A stretch of 64,000 nucleotides of DNA, from the NCBI RefSeq assembly GCF_009914755.1, contig NC_060928.1, one strand, 5' to 3'. This document shows positions 27,290-40,864 of the stretch, one piece after another; the first letter of the stretch is position 1, and each line of letters starts with the position of its first letter. Source of the stretch: the human T2T-CHM13v2.0 reference genome, Homo sapiens. The notes beneath the pieces were generated by a model. The model was not told where the DNA came from, ran no database searches, and saw only the letters and a list, made by a program, of their open reading frames with translations. Made by a program: the position numbers and the translations under genes.

Positions 27290-27718
27290 ATTAGGACATC
27301 TTCCCAACTCTACATTCAATGATGTCACTTTGGTAGCTTGAATTCAACCAGGTTGGAGCACTTTATATCACAGAAATTAGAAATCAGCAAATGCTACATA
27401 TCAAGGCTTGTTTTGTTGATTTCCTAGAGTTAAGATAATAATGAAGAAAATGTTAATAATCCAGATTAAACATTATAATGTGTTGTGTCTATAGACATTC
27501 TATTGTAAATAGCACAAAAAATTGAATAAGTAGCCTTCCAGCATTCTAATACTGTCTCATTTAACAAAGAAACCACTCATGATATTAACCAATGAGTGAA
27601 AGTCTAATATGTATTTTAATTGTTTTACTTTTTGTCTTAATGTAAAGGAAAAATAAAACTTCATCATGTTGGAAGTACACTTGGAAAGCTGGTTGTTAAA
27701 TATTTGTAAATACTGCAG
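27290..27718 (-). mobile_element. MER63-family hAT-Blackjack element
   Basis: cttcccaactctacattcaatgatgtcactttggtagcttgaa...gcaaatgctaca; end gctggttgttaaatattt. Confidence 0.7.
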
Positions 27719-28368
27719 GATGGCAGGTCAAAAAGATAATTAAGAAGAACCTCAGTAGCTGGAAGAACACACAGAACTTTCTAGTCGTCCTTACCTGAAC
27801 AACTATGGGAGAAATAAACTCCTAGACTATTTGGATCAAAGTATTTTGGAATATCGTTTTTGCATATATTCAGCCTATAGCTAAAAGTAATATAAGCACG
27901 TAGAGAGAGCCAGGTTGAATTGATGGATCAAAGGGCTAAGTGTACAAACTCTTCCTTCTTCTGGGAGCTTATATCATTAGAGCTAACCTTGGTGTGACCT
28001 CAGTATCTTCTGAGGAACCTCTCCTTTCTTAGATGCCCAGTACCATTTTCTATATCTTGATAGCTGATAGCGTTCTTCTAAAATGTCCGTCCCATCTAGG
28101 ACTCACATTTCACGTTTAGCATCTATGCTCCAGAGTTTTCTCGACCCTCTTCTCCACAAAATATTGTTGGATATGTCATTCCTTCAAGGTCGTGCTTGTT
28201 AGATGTCTAAGTTTACGTAAATTTCACCTAAGTTGTTCATTAAAAATTTACAGGCCCAGAGAATATTGTCCTTTATTTTAACCTGTAGCAGTGAAGAGTA
28301 TCATGGCTAAATCAGAGAGAAAATATTATTAGTATAATCAACTATAAATTGTTCTACAAATTCCCTCA

Positions 28369-28784
28369 TGTATGGACTGAATTGTGCCCAGTCCTATCCC
28401 CCTAAATTTATACATTGAAATCCTAATCCCTAGTGTACTTCAGAAAGTGACTGTATTTGGATAGAGGTCTTTTATAGAGGTAAATAAGGTTATATGAGAT
28501 AATATGGGTGGGTCTTAATACAATATGACTGGTGTCCTTATAAGAAGGTGGAGAGATAAGAAGGTGGAGAGACATCAGGGATCGCTACACAGAGAAAAGG
28601 CCATGTGAGGACAATGACAAGGCAGCCATCTACAAGCTTAGGAAAAAGGCCTTAGAAGAAACCAAACCTGCCTTCACCTTGATCTTACACTTTTAGCCTC
28701 CAGAACTGTGAGAAAATAAATTTCTGTTGCTTGAGTCACTCAATCTGTGGTACTTTGTTATGTCAGTTCTCTAAAACTAATACA
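28369..28784 (+). mobile_element. MLT1B-like solo LTR with an internal 16-bp tandem duplication (ataagaaggtggagag x2)
   Basis: atggactgaattgtg...gcctccagaactgtgagaaaataaatttctgttg...aactaataca. Confidence 0.85.
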
Positions 28785-29389
28785 CCTCAATAATATTTGT
28801 TTTATTGTTATTTAAAAAAATATGTTCCCATCACATCCCTATTCATTTGTGCTTTTATCTCCCCATTCATTTATTTAACATTGATTTAATAACCACTGTA
28901 TAGCATATGGAGATAAAGATGGATGTGTGTGTGGGTGTGTACATAAACTCACTTAAAGGAACTCGGTTCAATGGAAGAGACACTTCATCATAAGTATAAT
29001 CATTGTTCTATAAGAAAATAACCTTCATAAAACTAGAAACGTTAGAATTGAAAAACTGAAGAGACTTGTGAATTTTCTTTTAGTTTTTCTTTAAACAAAA
29101 ACCTAGAAGTACTGAGTTCAAAACCCTAATGCACCATAGTTGTGAAAAATATAAGAATACTAATGATAAAATTACATTATGTAATTATTCCATATATCAC
29201 CTCATGCTAAGTGTGTTCACTTTCATCATCTAATTTAATTCTCACAACACACTTATGTTATAGGAATTTTTTTATAGATAATGAATTGCAGCTTACAAAA
29301 ATTGTCCAAAATCACATATTTCTCTCCATGTTGTATTTTTACATTTAAGCCTAGTGAATAGGTTTTCTCTTTAAAATTATCTCAGGATA

Positions 29390-31865
29390 GACTGTCTTAG
29401 TTTTGTGTTTTTTTATATAGTGGACTTGTCTTTTTTTTTTACTGTCTTTGAGTCTACTATATCTAATATATGTATAGCTACTCTTGCTCTTTTTCAGTTT
29501 CCATTTGCATGGAGTATCTTTTTCTATCCATTCACTTTCAGTCTATGCAAGTTCTTAAGGTGAAGTGACCCTCCTGTAGGCAACATATAGGTGAACCTTT
29601 TTTTATTCATTCAGTCACTGTATGCCTTTTAATTGGAAAATTCAGTCCATTTTCATTCAAAGGGGTAGAGTAATTTTCTCTAGTAGTACGTTTCAAATTT
29701 TTGCTTTTTATTTTAAATGCATCTATTATAAGTTTTTACTTTATGGTTACCATGAGACTTACAAAAAACATCTTAACGTTATAAAAGACTATTTTAAACA
29801 AAAAACAATTAACAAAAAAATCTACTTTTTTTTTTTTTTAAGACAGAGTCTTGCTCTGTTGCCCAGGCTGGAGTTCAGTGGTGCCATCTCGGCCTCCCGG
29901 GTTCAAGTGATTCTCCTGCCTCAGCCTCCCAAGTAGTTGGGATTACAGGTGCTGCCACCACGCCCAGCTAATTTTTTGTATTTTTATTGGGGACGGGGTT
30001 TCACCATGTTGGCCAGGCTGGTCTCAAACTCCTGACTTCAGATGATTCGCCCACCTCGGCCCCCCAAAGTGCAAAAATCTGCATTTTTACTCCATTCTCC
30101 CCCATTTTGAATTTTGGATGTCAGAATTTATATCTTTTAATGTTGTCTATTCTTAATAAGTTATTATAGTTATTAGTTTTAAGTTTTGTCTTATCTTCAT
30201 ATGTGTAAATATAGTGTATGAGTGAAATATATATACTATATATATATACCATATATAAACTATATATATAGTTTACATGCCATGATTGTAATATTAAAAA
30301 ATTCTGAATTTATCTGTGTACTGACTTTTACCAGCGATCTTCATACTTTCAGCTGCTTTTGTGTTATAGGTTAGCATCCATTTGTTTCAGGTTGAAGAAC
30401 TCCCTTTAGAATTTCTTGTAAGACAGGTTGGGTGGTGATGAATTCCATTAGCTTTGTTTGTCTGGGGAAGTCTTTACTTCTCCTTCATGTTTGAGGAATA
30501 GCTTTGCTGGGTACAGTATTCTTGATTAGGAGGTTTTGTTTGTTTGTTTACTTGTTTGTTTGTTTTTTCTTCAGCACTTTGAAAATACCATCTTACTTCC
30601 TCCTGTCCTCTAAGGTATCTGCTGAGAAGTCTGCTTCCAAGAATATTCAAACTTCCTTTTATGTTATTTGATTATTTTCTTTTGCTAGTATTAGGATCTA
30701 CTCATCGTCTGTGACTTTTGAGAGTTTGATTATTTTATGCTTTGAAGTAGGGTTATTTGGGTTGAATCTGACTGGTGATCTTTGACCTATCTATACCTGG
30801 ATATTTATTTCTCCACATTTGGAAAGTTTCCTGCTTGTTATTTCTTTGAATATTCCTTCTACCCCTTTGTCATCCTCACTTATTCTTGAATACCAGTGAC
30901 TAGTACATTTTCTCTTTAGATGTTGTCCCATAGATATCTTAAGATTTAATTCCTCTTTATTATTTTTTTCTTTTTCCTCTTCTGTGTTTTCAAATAGGCT
31001 GTCTTTGCATTCATGGATTCTTCTGCTTGATCAATTCTGCTGTTGATGTTCTCTGTTGCATTTTTCAGTTTGTTCAATGTATCTTTCAGCTATTTGATGT
31101 CTATTTGATTTTTTAATAATTTCAATTACTTTTTTAAATTTTTAAAGTTCTGAATTATTTCTGTGTTTTCTTGGAGTTTATTGACTTTCCTTTAAACGGC
31201 TATTTTGAATTCCTAGTCTGAGTGTTCACATATTTCCACTTCTTTATGGTCATTGGTATCCTGTTTTGTCCATTTGATGAGGTCATATTTTCCTGATTGC
31301 TCTTGACGCTTATGGATATATATCAATGTCTATGGATTTAAAAATTGAAAAACTATTTGTTCCAGTCTTTGCTATAGGCTTTGTGTCCAACTTTTTATTA
31401 TATTCTGTCTAGACATACTGTGCTGATTGATACAGTGTTTCTTAGTTTGAGATTACTGCCTTTTCTTCAGCACTAGATGGAGCCCTAAACCCAGGTTTGC
31501 TGCAAGTCTACTGTGGGCTCTGAGGTTGGCATAGCATTTAACTTGGATAGGCCTAGAGGAGACCCAAGAAAGTTACCTGAGCTATGTGGAAACACCAGCT
31601 AGGGAATCATGCCTACACAACCCATAGACCATTCTTCCTGAAACATGGCATTGCTCAACAGCCTCTCTGATTTTGTGTTTCCTCTGGTGAGAATGGAGAG
31701 CAGCCATACTGACATTCTGGCTACTGCTAGCCCCATCCCCATTCTTTGTCTCTAGCTGGTCTCAAGTGCTTTAGCGCTGCAGGCACTCACTACAGGCACT
31801 CCTGTAGGTCAAGGCAAAAGAGAGTTTCCTGTGAAGAGACCCAGGATAGTGAGGAAGCTGAGTGT
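29390..31865 (-). mobile_element. L1M 5'UTR/ORF1/ORF2-start fragment, split by an Alu
   Basis: tatagctactcttgctcttt..ttccatttgcatgg; gaatagctttgctgggtacagtattcttg; tctgctgagaagtctgc. Confidence 0.85.
29826..30072 (-). mobile_element. 5'-truncated AluS with a short internal deletion; TSD aaaaatct(a/g)c
   Basis: poly-T then antisense Alu stopping at cccaaagtgc; lacks the usual tcactgcaacctcc segment. Confidence 0.93.
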
Positions 31866-32142
31866 ATTTTAGTTTTTAATACATAGCTATCTTAACTAAA
31901 CATGTGTATAAAAATAATTTATTTTCATTAGAAATAATTTTATTTTTACCCTAACATGTTTTTCTTTACATTGATGTAATATAAATTCCTATCCTTTGAA
32001 TTGATGGTGATACAAATGAAATGGGCTTTTTGAAAACTAGTGAATGCATGGTTATCTGTTAAGAGCTGAGGCATAGAGTAAAAGCCCAGTGAAAACTGAA
32101 AAATATGTAAGTCATCATGAAGATGATTTAGAAACTAAAAAA

Positions 32143-32592
32143 TATTAGTTTGCTAGATCTGTGCCAAAACAGTGGTTTTAAAAAACAAAAATTTAATGCC
32201 TTACAGTTCTAAAGACTAACGCCTAAAATTGAGGTATCAGCAGGGCCATAACTGCTCTGTGACTGAAAAGAATACTTCCTTACCTCTAGCTTCTGGTTTA
32301 TCAGCAATCTTTAGAGTTTATCCGCTTGTAGATAGATGTATCACTCCAATCGCATGGCTATTTTTTCTCTGTGTCTTCATATCATCTTTTCCCTGTGCAT
32401 TTTTGCCTCTGGGTCCGAATTTTCTCTTTGTATAAGGACAATAGTCATATTGGATTAAAAGCCACCTTAGTGACCTCATCTTAACTTGGTTAAATCTGCA
32501 ATGACACTGTTTCCAAATAAGGTCACATACTCAGGTTCTGGGGTTTAGGGCTTCAGCATATCATTTGAAAGGAATACAATTCAATTAATAAG
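32143..32592 (-). mobile_element. MLT1C-like solo LTR
   Basis: tattagtttgctag...tataaggacaatagtcatattggatta...tttccaaataaggtcacat. Confidence 0.8.
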
Positions 32593-34962
32593 AGTGGTAA
32601 ATAGGACTTTCTCATGCTTTTCCCTCAGCAAAATCATGAAGTAAAGGAAACTGATTCTTGGATTATACCAAATCTTTTTATTGTGCTCATTTTTGTTGGT
32701 GAGTCTGATCCCTTCTCTCTCCTTCTCATTAGGAACGCTGAGCTCAGTGCCCATGCATGTACTCTTCCCTCTTACTCCTCTCTCATCATAATCAAACTGC
32801 TCATTGGTCTTATATTCACCCTCCATCATAAATTATAGCTTCAGGGAGTATGTACATGTGGGGTGAAATGGATCCTTAAAGAAACAGAGTATATAGAGCA
32901 TAGCAGAAAGCATATCCTGTTTATAGAGGCTTTTCCAAAATAGTTTATTCCTAATTTTCTTCAATGCTCATGCTAATAGCTATGATTCATTTTTAGACTC
33001 AGACTCAGAATAAATATAGCATTCTAATTATTTTTAAGGAAAATGTATTTTTCCTTAATAATAAATAAATTGTGCTACTTTTATCTGTTTGAAGTAATTA
33101 AAACGAGGATTTTGATGTTTTAATCTACAAAATTATACTGCAGGCACAAAATCAGAAATATTGAGTTAAAAGAAGAACGGACAAATTATACCAACTTTCA
33201 GTTACATTGTAGTAAATTCCTTTTGGCAACCTGTATACATGTATACAACAGATAGACCTAACTGAGTTTTTAAAGAACAATTTCAATATATTCCTAAAGC
33301 CATTTTCAAGGATTTCTGTGATTGAGGGAAAATAAAAATAAGAGAAGTTAATTAAAATGATTGAATTTTGTCAGTTTTAGCAAGGTAAGCTATATCCCAT
33401 CAAAGACAGGGTGGATGCAATATAAAGAAAATAAATCAAATATGAAGATATTAAATTATTTAACAATAATTTACATAGTTTTGAATTAATAAGACTAGGC
33501 AAGCTTAGTGAATAAAGAAATGTGCATATATTTACTTAAAAACAACACATTTAAAATATGCTTCTAGTAAGTCTGACTTTTTTAAGGGTACACAATACTG
33601 TTGACATCAATCTAAAGCACTGGCATTCGATTTCTTATTATTTTGCATTACTAAATATCAAGTGTATAAATAATTATCATGCATAAATATAGGCTGGTTG
33701 TTCAAAATAACTTTCCACAGTGTTTCATCTATTTTGTATCCAGCTAAAATTTAACCCTATCTTCAGAGGGACAGTAGTATTTTAAACCAAGTCAATTAAT
33801 AGTCTATATCAATCAGACAAAGGTATATTTTTTCTTAAAATAAATCCTACAAATAGCTTAATTTTAAGTTAATTCCTGATATTTGCATTATTTATTTCAT
33901 TTAGAAACATATTGCACATATATTTGAAGATAAAATATTTAAGTTTTATCTTTCCAAAAGCTTGACTATCATCTTATCATGGACACTCAGAATGTCAAAA
34001 TTAGGACATGTAGCCATTCTTCTGTTCTCATTAGGGAACAAACATCACTCAGGGAGCAGGTGTCCTCTCCGTTCCCTCTGCCAGCTTTCTGCCTGCTGCC
34101 AAGCCTGTAGTTCTATCTGGATATGTTAGCTGTGCACCAGAGGTTGATAGTCTCCTTCGCACTTGGCTTGAGCCCTTCCTTATATGGCCCTCAGAAAGAA
34201 ATGTTAAAGATAAGGGGTACCTACCACAACAGTATCTGGAAAAATGGCAAAATGTCTGAATAATCACTGCAGCAAGAAGGCAATGATACTGCCTTTTTCT
34301 GATTCAAGGAGGGAGAAAAATTATTTCAGATAAATTCATGAAGGGAACTATCCTATGGCATAACAATGCTGTAACATTAGGTGAAAAAAAGATTAAATAC
34401 ACACACTATCAATGGGACAAGAAAAACATTCTGAAATTGTTTAACCCTGCTGTGTGTGTGTATGTAAAATGTTAAAACGTACATGTGGAGCAGTTTAACT
34501 TTTTTGGAAACTTTTCTCAAACTAACAATAATATTTCAATAGAAAAATTATTGAAACTAAATCGGATCCATGAGGATGAGTAATATTTAAATAGGTAGGG
34601 AAGGAAGACTCATATAGAGAGGAGTCACAGGGTCAAATGAATGGAAGAGGAAATGGGTGTGAGAATTTTCAGAGGGCTGTGAGTAAGGAGAACAATTTGT
34701 ACAAATTAATGAAGACTAGGGGCAATAGTAGGTAGCAATGAACCTACTAATATTTAATGGAAATTTAAGTGCTAGAGAACATTAAAAACTGAAGGCATGG
34801 AGAAAGGACCACATAAAACCTTATCCAGCTAGTAAAAGGATAAAAGTGATATTTAGGAAATGTAGGTGTACAGCAATATATTATTATTTTTAAGTTGAAA
34901 GTAATAAAATCCACTTAATACTGTACTCATTTTTGGTGCAATAATAACACTAATAATAATAT

Positions 34963-35150
34963 TACCTTATTTCATTGAATTGTAGAAACATCGATTGAAA
35001 GATACACTATTGTGTATCAATTATTTTACAATCAGGAGTAAATGAACTCTGTCACATAGTCTATGACATACTATTCGCTATAAAACACAATCTGATTATT
35101 GAGGCATTAAAATGTGAAAAAATGTATCATTTAAAAGATGAAATACGGTA
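34963..35150. mobile_element. MER104-like Tc2 MITE with terminal inverted repeats
   Basis: taccttatttcat ... atgaaatacggta TIRs with TA ends. Confidence 0.75.
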
Positions 35151-35375
35151 ATGTCTATTACTTGGTGAGTGATTTTACTTGTTAGGAATTGTGCTAAGTA
35201 TTTTATATGTATTAATTCTCAAAATATTTCTATAAACTATTATTTGTATGACTAGGTACTATTATAGTCAATTTTGACAAATTGAGATAACCAAGGCTTA
35301 GAGTAGTTAAACAACTCCCCTTGGCTATACAGCTAGACAAGGAGCCAAGATTTTTATTCAAATCATATATGATTT
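35151..35375 (-). mobile_element. MIR
   Basis: aggaattgtgctaagtatttt...caaggcttagagtagttaaacaact. Confidence 0.7.
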
Positions 35376-35379
35376 AAAT

Positions 35380-36850
35380 GTAGTAAGTAGAAAATGATAA
35401 GTCACTGAACAATTATTAAAGGGCCAAAAAAGTAAACATTAACAATTTTATTATCAATATAAGAAAACTCTAGGAATAATTGAATCTAATTGGTAAAAGA
35501 AAAAAAACAGAAATTTATGCATTTCCAAGTTTTCAAGTACAAGAAACTAAAACTAAAGACATTATATTGGCAGTAATGGGCATATTCAGAAGGGTAACTG
35601 CTTTCAGATAATATAATATTTCCTTAGGAAACATTGAGTTTCAAATAACGTCAGGGTGACAAACTCATATTGCCGTTTAGCAGTTGCACATATGGGACTG
35701 AAGCAAAGGTGAGAAGTCGGGGAGTCATGTGAGAAGTGGTACTTGAAACCATGAGGAGAAATGGGCCATATCATGTGAATACTTAAGGAGAAGAGCAGGA
35801 GACACAGGACCAATGTTCAAGTATAAACCACAGTTATAAATCAGGAGGAAATGTGCCAGCTGCAGAGAAAGAGAAACCAGCAGGGAAGAGCTGAAGAACA
35901 AGAATCATAAAGAGGCTTATCAATCAAAGAGTCTAAAGAATTTGAGAGATTTAATAAAACATGAATTGAGAAAAGGTTATTGAATTTGGGTAGGCAGGTG
36001 GTGATATTAGGAGAATAATTTCACCAGCCAGGTGGTTTTCAAAGCCAGATTTCCAGAGGATTAAAACAGAAATGAGTAGAAGCTATAGCACAGGTGTAGG
36101 TCACACACGTTAGGAACTGGTGATAAAGGAAGAAGGGAAATTAATACATGAAATTGGGAAAAGGAGACATTTTAAATGTCAGCAAAGGAAGCATGAGCAA
36201 CATGAAAGAATTTAATGCAGAACACAACTTGAAAATATGAAGTTTGAGAGGTTCGATACAGAGGCAGTTCATCTACTCACTGCACAACATTTTATTGAGT
36301 AACTACTGTGTCCATTGCTGCACAGTTCCTGCTTTCAAGTTAAAACCTATTGAGAAAAAGCCAGGTGCAGTGGCACACATCTATAGTCGCAGCTACTTAG
36401 AAGGCTGAGGGGGGGAAGATTGCTTGAAGCCAGGAGTTTGAGACAGCAGTGCACCATGATCCAGGCTGTGAATAGCCACTGCACCCCAGCCTGTGCAACA
36501 CAGTGAGACCCTGTTTGTAAAAAAACAAAACTAAACTAAGATGTTAAAAGGCAACTAAACTATAGCAAAATAATAGGTGTGTTAAAGATATGTTTAGTGG
36601 GCAAAAGTAAACAGAAACAAAAGGACCCCCTAGTTCAGACTGGAGACAAGATTCGCAGGAAAGTGAGGCCCAAATGGAGTTTTGAAACCTAAGTGTATGG
36701 AAGGTGGTGGAAAAAATGAGAAACACTTATGAGGGAGCTAAGCTTTTTTAGAACCGAAAAGTAGTTCAGTATGGGTGGTATCTTGAGTAAGAGGAGAATA
36801 ATGATGAGAGATGCAGTTGAAGAGGTTAGCAAGGGCTATGCCACGGTGGT
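35380..36850 (+). mobile_element. L2 fragments, with a FAM inserted
   Basis: acattgagtttcaaata; gaattgagaaaaggttattgaatttgg; caacatttttattgagtaactactgtg. Confidence 0.65.
36360..36525 (+). mobile_element. FAM (fossil Alu monomer, 7SL-derived)
   Basis: Single monomer retaining the 7SL segment ctgtgaatagccactgcaccccagcctg, which dimeric Alus lack. Confidence 0.85.
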
Positions 36851-37740
36851 TTACATTTAGCTGACATTTAGTTACAGGCTATTTAATAATCAGTTCACAC
36901 ATACACATGAAAACCTTTGCAGAAAATTTAAGCTGAATAGAAATAAAATCTTCACCTGCCTTAATGGAAAATTTTAGTAGATTTCCCATAAAAGCATGCT
37001 TAATATTTTGATTAAATGAGTGTTACATTAGTTGTATAAAATCTACACTTGAAAACAGAAGACGTAAATTTATCTTGAGATGTCATCAATTGCCCTGTTA
37101 CCTAGGGAAAGCCATTATCTTTCATAGAAAAGTAATGCATGTTACCTAGATTGACATCATGATCACAATATGAAGGTGTTTTGTAAACTTTACAGTCAAT
37201 TCATGTTGGCTGTGCTGTTAGTTAAAATTATAGTGATTGGGGTGGGCCTTAATAGCTAGATTAAAGAGTTAAGATTAAAATTTATGGAGATAGAAAGATA
37301 CTTTTGTTTCTCAATTTGAAAGTAATGTATGAGGTAGAATAGACATTTATTATAGAACTAAAGGAATTAAATCAAGGAGTAAAATTTGAAGGCCACCATA
37401 GAAATAAAGTAGGGAAAATAAGAGGATCTAGATTGATGAGGAATCAAGAACTTCACAGACAGAATGGCAACTAATGTGTTACAAAGAAAAGCATTCATAA
37501 GAATTGGCAATTGATTCGACAGGGAATAGGAGCAAAAATATAGCCCTATGATTGTGCAGAGAAACAAATACAACACTTCTTTAAAATATGGATAAAAAAT
37601 TGTAAAGATGTCCCATTGCAAACTAAACCAGAGTTAAATTATCATTAAATATACACGTGAATTAACCTAGATATATATTATATATATTTAATACTTAAAT
37701 ATGTACTATACATGTTTAATTAATATGTATATTGAATTAT

Positions 37741-37893
37741 ACCAATTGATATTTGGTAGATTTCTAAGATCAGTGTCCTACTGGACACGTGTGATTTGAG
37801 ATGATTTAAAAGAAACTACTTTTTTCTACATTGATTCAAATTGTCTTAGTATCCTCAGAGAAGTTTTGTGTAGACAATTGTCAAGGTGTGCAA
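37741..37893 (+). repeat. Dispersed direct duplication, copy A (pairs with 40865-41017)
   Basis: 33-bp identical block gtagatttctaagatcagtgtcctactggacac; about 86% identity overall by manual count. Confidence 0.92.
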
Positions 37894-38137
37894 CAGAATA
37901 GATAGGTATGATTTAATATCTACTCACTGTATGATTGAATGATACATATCTAGATAGATATATAGATAGATACAGATAAAAATGGATAATAGCTTTGTTC
38001 TGTCAATGTCACTCAAACTGTAGTGACTGCTTGGAGTACTGCTGGTAAAAGAGCTCTGTCCAGGCTTAGCAGTGTTATAATCTGATATTTTTGTCTGCCA
38101 TGGAAATGGTGCCACATATGTGTAGACCCAATACATG

Positions 38138-38198
38138 TTATATATAGATAGATAGATAGATGATAGATAGATAGATATAGATATAGATAATATATATA
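38138..38198. repeat. (GATA)n/(TA)n compound microsatellite
   Basis: tagatagatagatagatgatagatagatagatatagatatag. Confidence 0.9.
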
Positions 38199-38262
38199 AA
38201 GAACATAGGCACATATATATATGGCTCAGAGGCACACTGTATATGTGCCTATGTTCTTTATA
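38195..38262. repeat. Perfect 23-bp inverted repeat with a 22-nt spacer
   Basis: tataaagaacataggcacatata (38195-38217) and tatatgtgcctatgttctttata (38240-38262). Confidence 0.95.
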
Positions 38263-38676
38263 GCAATTGTTATAGTCTCTAATTCCGTGCTTCTTTGTGT
38301 GTCTAAATTTTGATTATGTGATATTTAAAGATAAGGCCTGGGTCTTTTTGTCTAATATGATCATTGCTTTTCAAAATGCCTTTCATATAGCATGAATTTA
38401 GCAAATGTAGAAATAAATAATTACTGTGCATTTCAGAATTTGTCTTATAAATTTTGGGGTTTTGGGGAAATAATTATCTGCTCCATAAATTAGCAGAGAA
38501 CATCTCTCATCATTTTGGCATCACCAATCATTCATTGCAAAATGCTGTGCAAATTCTTGGCACTCAATAAGTATTTTCTCAATTGAATTGAAAAAATGTA
38601 ACATTACAAAAAAAAAGAGGCAACAGAATATGTAGACAGACATTTACCAATCATCCAGATTACAAGATGGGCTTGA

Positions 38677-39007
<331 letters not shown>

Positions 39008-39138
39008 TAGAGGCTGAATCTTGAAAGGCCATATACTATCAATAAAATAATAAAATTAAATCCAAAGATCAACTCCACCTAGGGAATATCCTGGCATCTT
39101 GGTTGTTATGGGTGGTGCTGTTAACTTTAAAGGTAGAT

Positions 39139-39894
39139 GAAAGGAAGGAAGGAAGGAAGGGAGGAAGGGGAAGGAAGGGGAAGGAAAGGGAAGGAAGGGG
39201 AAGGAAGGGGAAGGGAAGGGAAGGGAAGGAAGGGAAGGAAGGGGAAGGGAGGGGAAGGAAGGGAAGAAAGGGGAAGGAAGGGGAAGGGAAGGGAAGGGAA
39301 GGAAGGGAAGGAAGGGGAAGGGAGGGGAAGGAAGGGAAGAAAGGGGAAGGGAGGGGAAGGAAGGGAAGGAAGGGGAAGGAAGGGGAAGGAAGGGAAGAAA
39401 GGGGAAGGGAGGGGAAGGAAGGGAAGGAAGGGGAAGGGAAGGGAAGGGAAGGAAGGGAAGGAAGGGGAAGGGAGGGGAAGGAAGGGAAGAAAGGGGAAGG
39501 GAGGGGAAGGAAGGGAAGGAAGGGGAAGGAAGGGGAAGGAAGGGAAGAAAGGGGAAGGGAGGGGAAGGAAGGGAAGGAAGGGGAAGGAAGGGAAAGGAAG
39601 GAAGGGGAAGGGAAGGGAAGGAAGGGAAGGAAGGGGAAGGAAGGGAAGGAAGGGGAAGGAAGGGGAAGAAAGGGAAGGAAGGGGAAGGAAGGGAAGGAAG
39701 GGGAAGGAAGGGGAAGAAAAGGAAGGAAGGGGAAGGAAGGGAAGGAAGGGGAAGAAAAGGAAGGAAGGGGAAGGAAGGGAAGGAAAGGAAGAAAAGGAAG
39801 GAAGGGGAAGGGAAGGGAGGGAAGGGAAGGAAGGGAAGGAAGGGACAGAGAGGAAGTGGGGAAGGAGGGAAGGAGGGAGGAAGGGAGGAAAAAA
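39139..39894. repeat. Polypurine (GGAA/GGGAA/GGGGAA) low-complexity tract with a 150-bp higher-order duplication
   Basis: No pyrimidine from 39139 to 39845; 39271-39420 equals 39421-39570. Confidence 0.97.
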
Positions 39895-40864
39895 TTCAAG
39901 CCAGAAAGCTTTTACTGCTCCCATAGTATAATAAATAAAATCGATTTCTTAAAATTGTATCTTTGTAATTGTCTGACACTGAATGCACAACACATATGCG
40001 TTACTTCCTTTGGTGCTTTAAGTTGTATTGCCCAGATGACTTGAAAATTAGGCAGAATTCAGTTGGCTAACTCAATAGAGACTATTCTTTCCTTTGCTTC
40101 TTTAAAAAGTCAGAATAGCCAAACCCTATCAATGGGGTAATTTGGTTCCAATATGACATATTTTCTTTTTATTTTTCAGTGAGATGAGCTGCACCTAATA
40201 AAAAAGACAAAATGCCCTCCAAAGTCTATGGGAACCTTTCCCAGTAAATTTTAAGAAACACTGGTCTTTTAATTACATTCCATAGAAAATAAATGGAAAA
40301 TGGCCTTTCTAAGATCTGGTACTGAATAATGACCTCCAGTGGCCATGCCAAATCCCCAGCAAATTTCACAGCTGGCAGAGGCGTGCAAAGTGGGAGGCAG
40401 TGACAGAATAGGGGAAAAACTCACCACTTTTAGTACCTACTAAAGTTACTGGAATAGGAGCTTAACTCAAATCAGAATACGAATACATGTAAACAACAGG
40501 TACGTCACTATTCCACAAATCCCATCATGAAATAAGCTACATAAAATTTACTTCAATCAGGCCAGTCTTGTAAACATCATAGTTTTTTTTTTTTCTTGTA
40601 AGTCACAGAATTCCAATACCTTACCAGTCTGGCTCTTAGGTGTACCAATGACTCAGAAAGATTTAAAACACCTGTTACTGATTCAGTGCCCTCCTTAACA
40701 ATAAGCTGTTTCTCTCCAGCCTCTCTGTGTTTTAGTGATTATAAAACTCCCATTCTACTATTGAAGAGTGCCTTGAAGAAATGACACCATTCTATACTTC
40801 ATCACTTCCTTGGCTTCCTTCAGTTTTCTAAGATAATAGCAGTATTATAGCATCTTGCTTGGAC

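Noticed and set aside
30256-30275. 20-bp palindrome taaactatatatatagttta
   Set aside because: Mostly (TA)n self-complementarity within a low-complexity patch.
39069-40044. Four long ORFs (264-313 aa) of G/R/K/E or P/S/F/L composition
   Set aside because: Artefact of the A/G-only tract, which cannot contain stop codons on either strand; no coding complexity.
40160-40506. Possible + strand exon (tttttcag acceptor at about 40179, cag|gtacgt donor at about 40499)
   Set aside because: No long open frame and no partner exon; such signals are common by chance.
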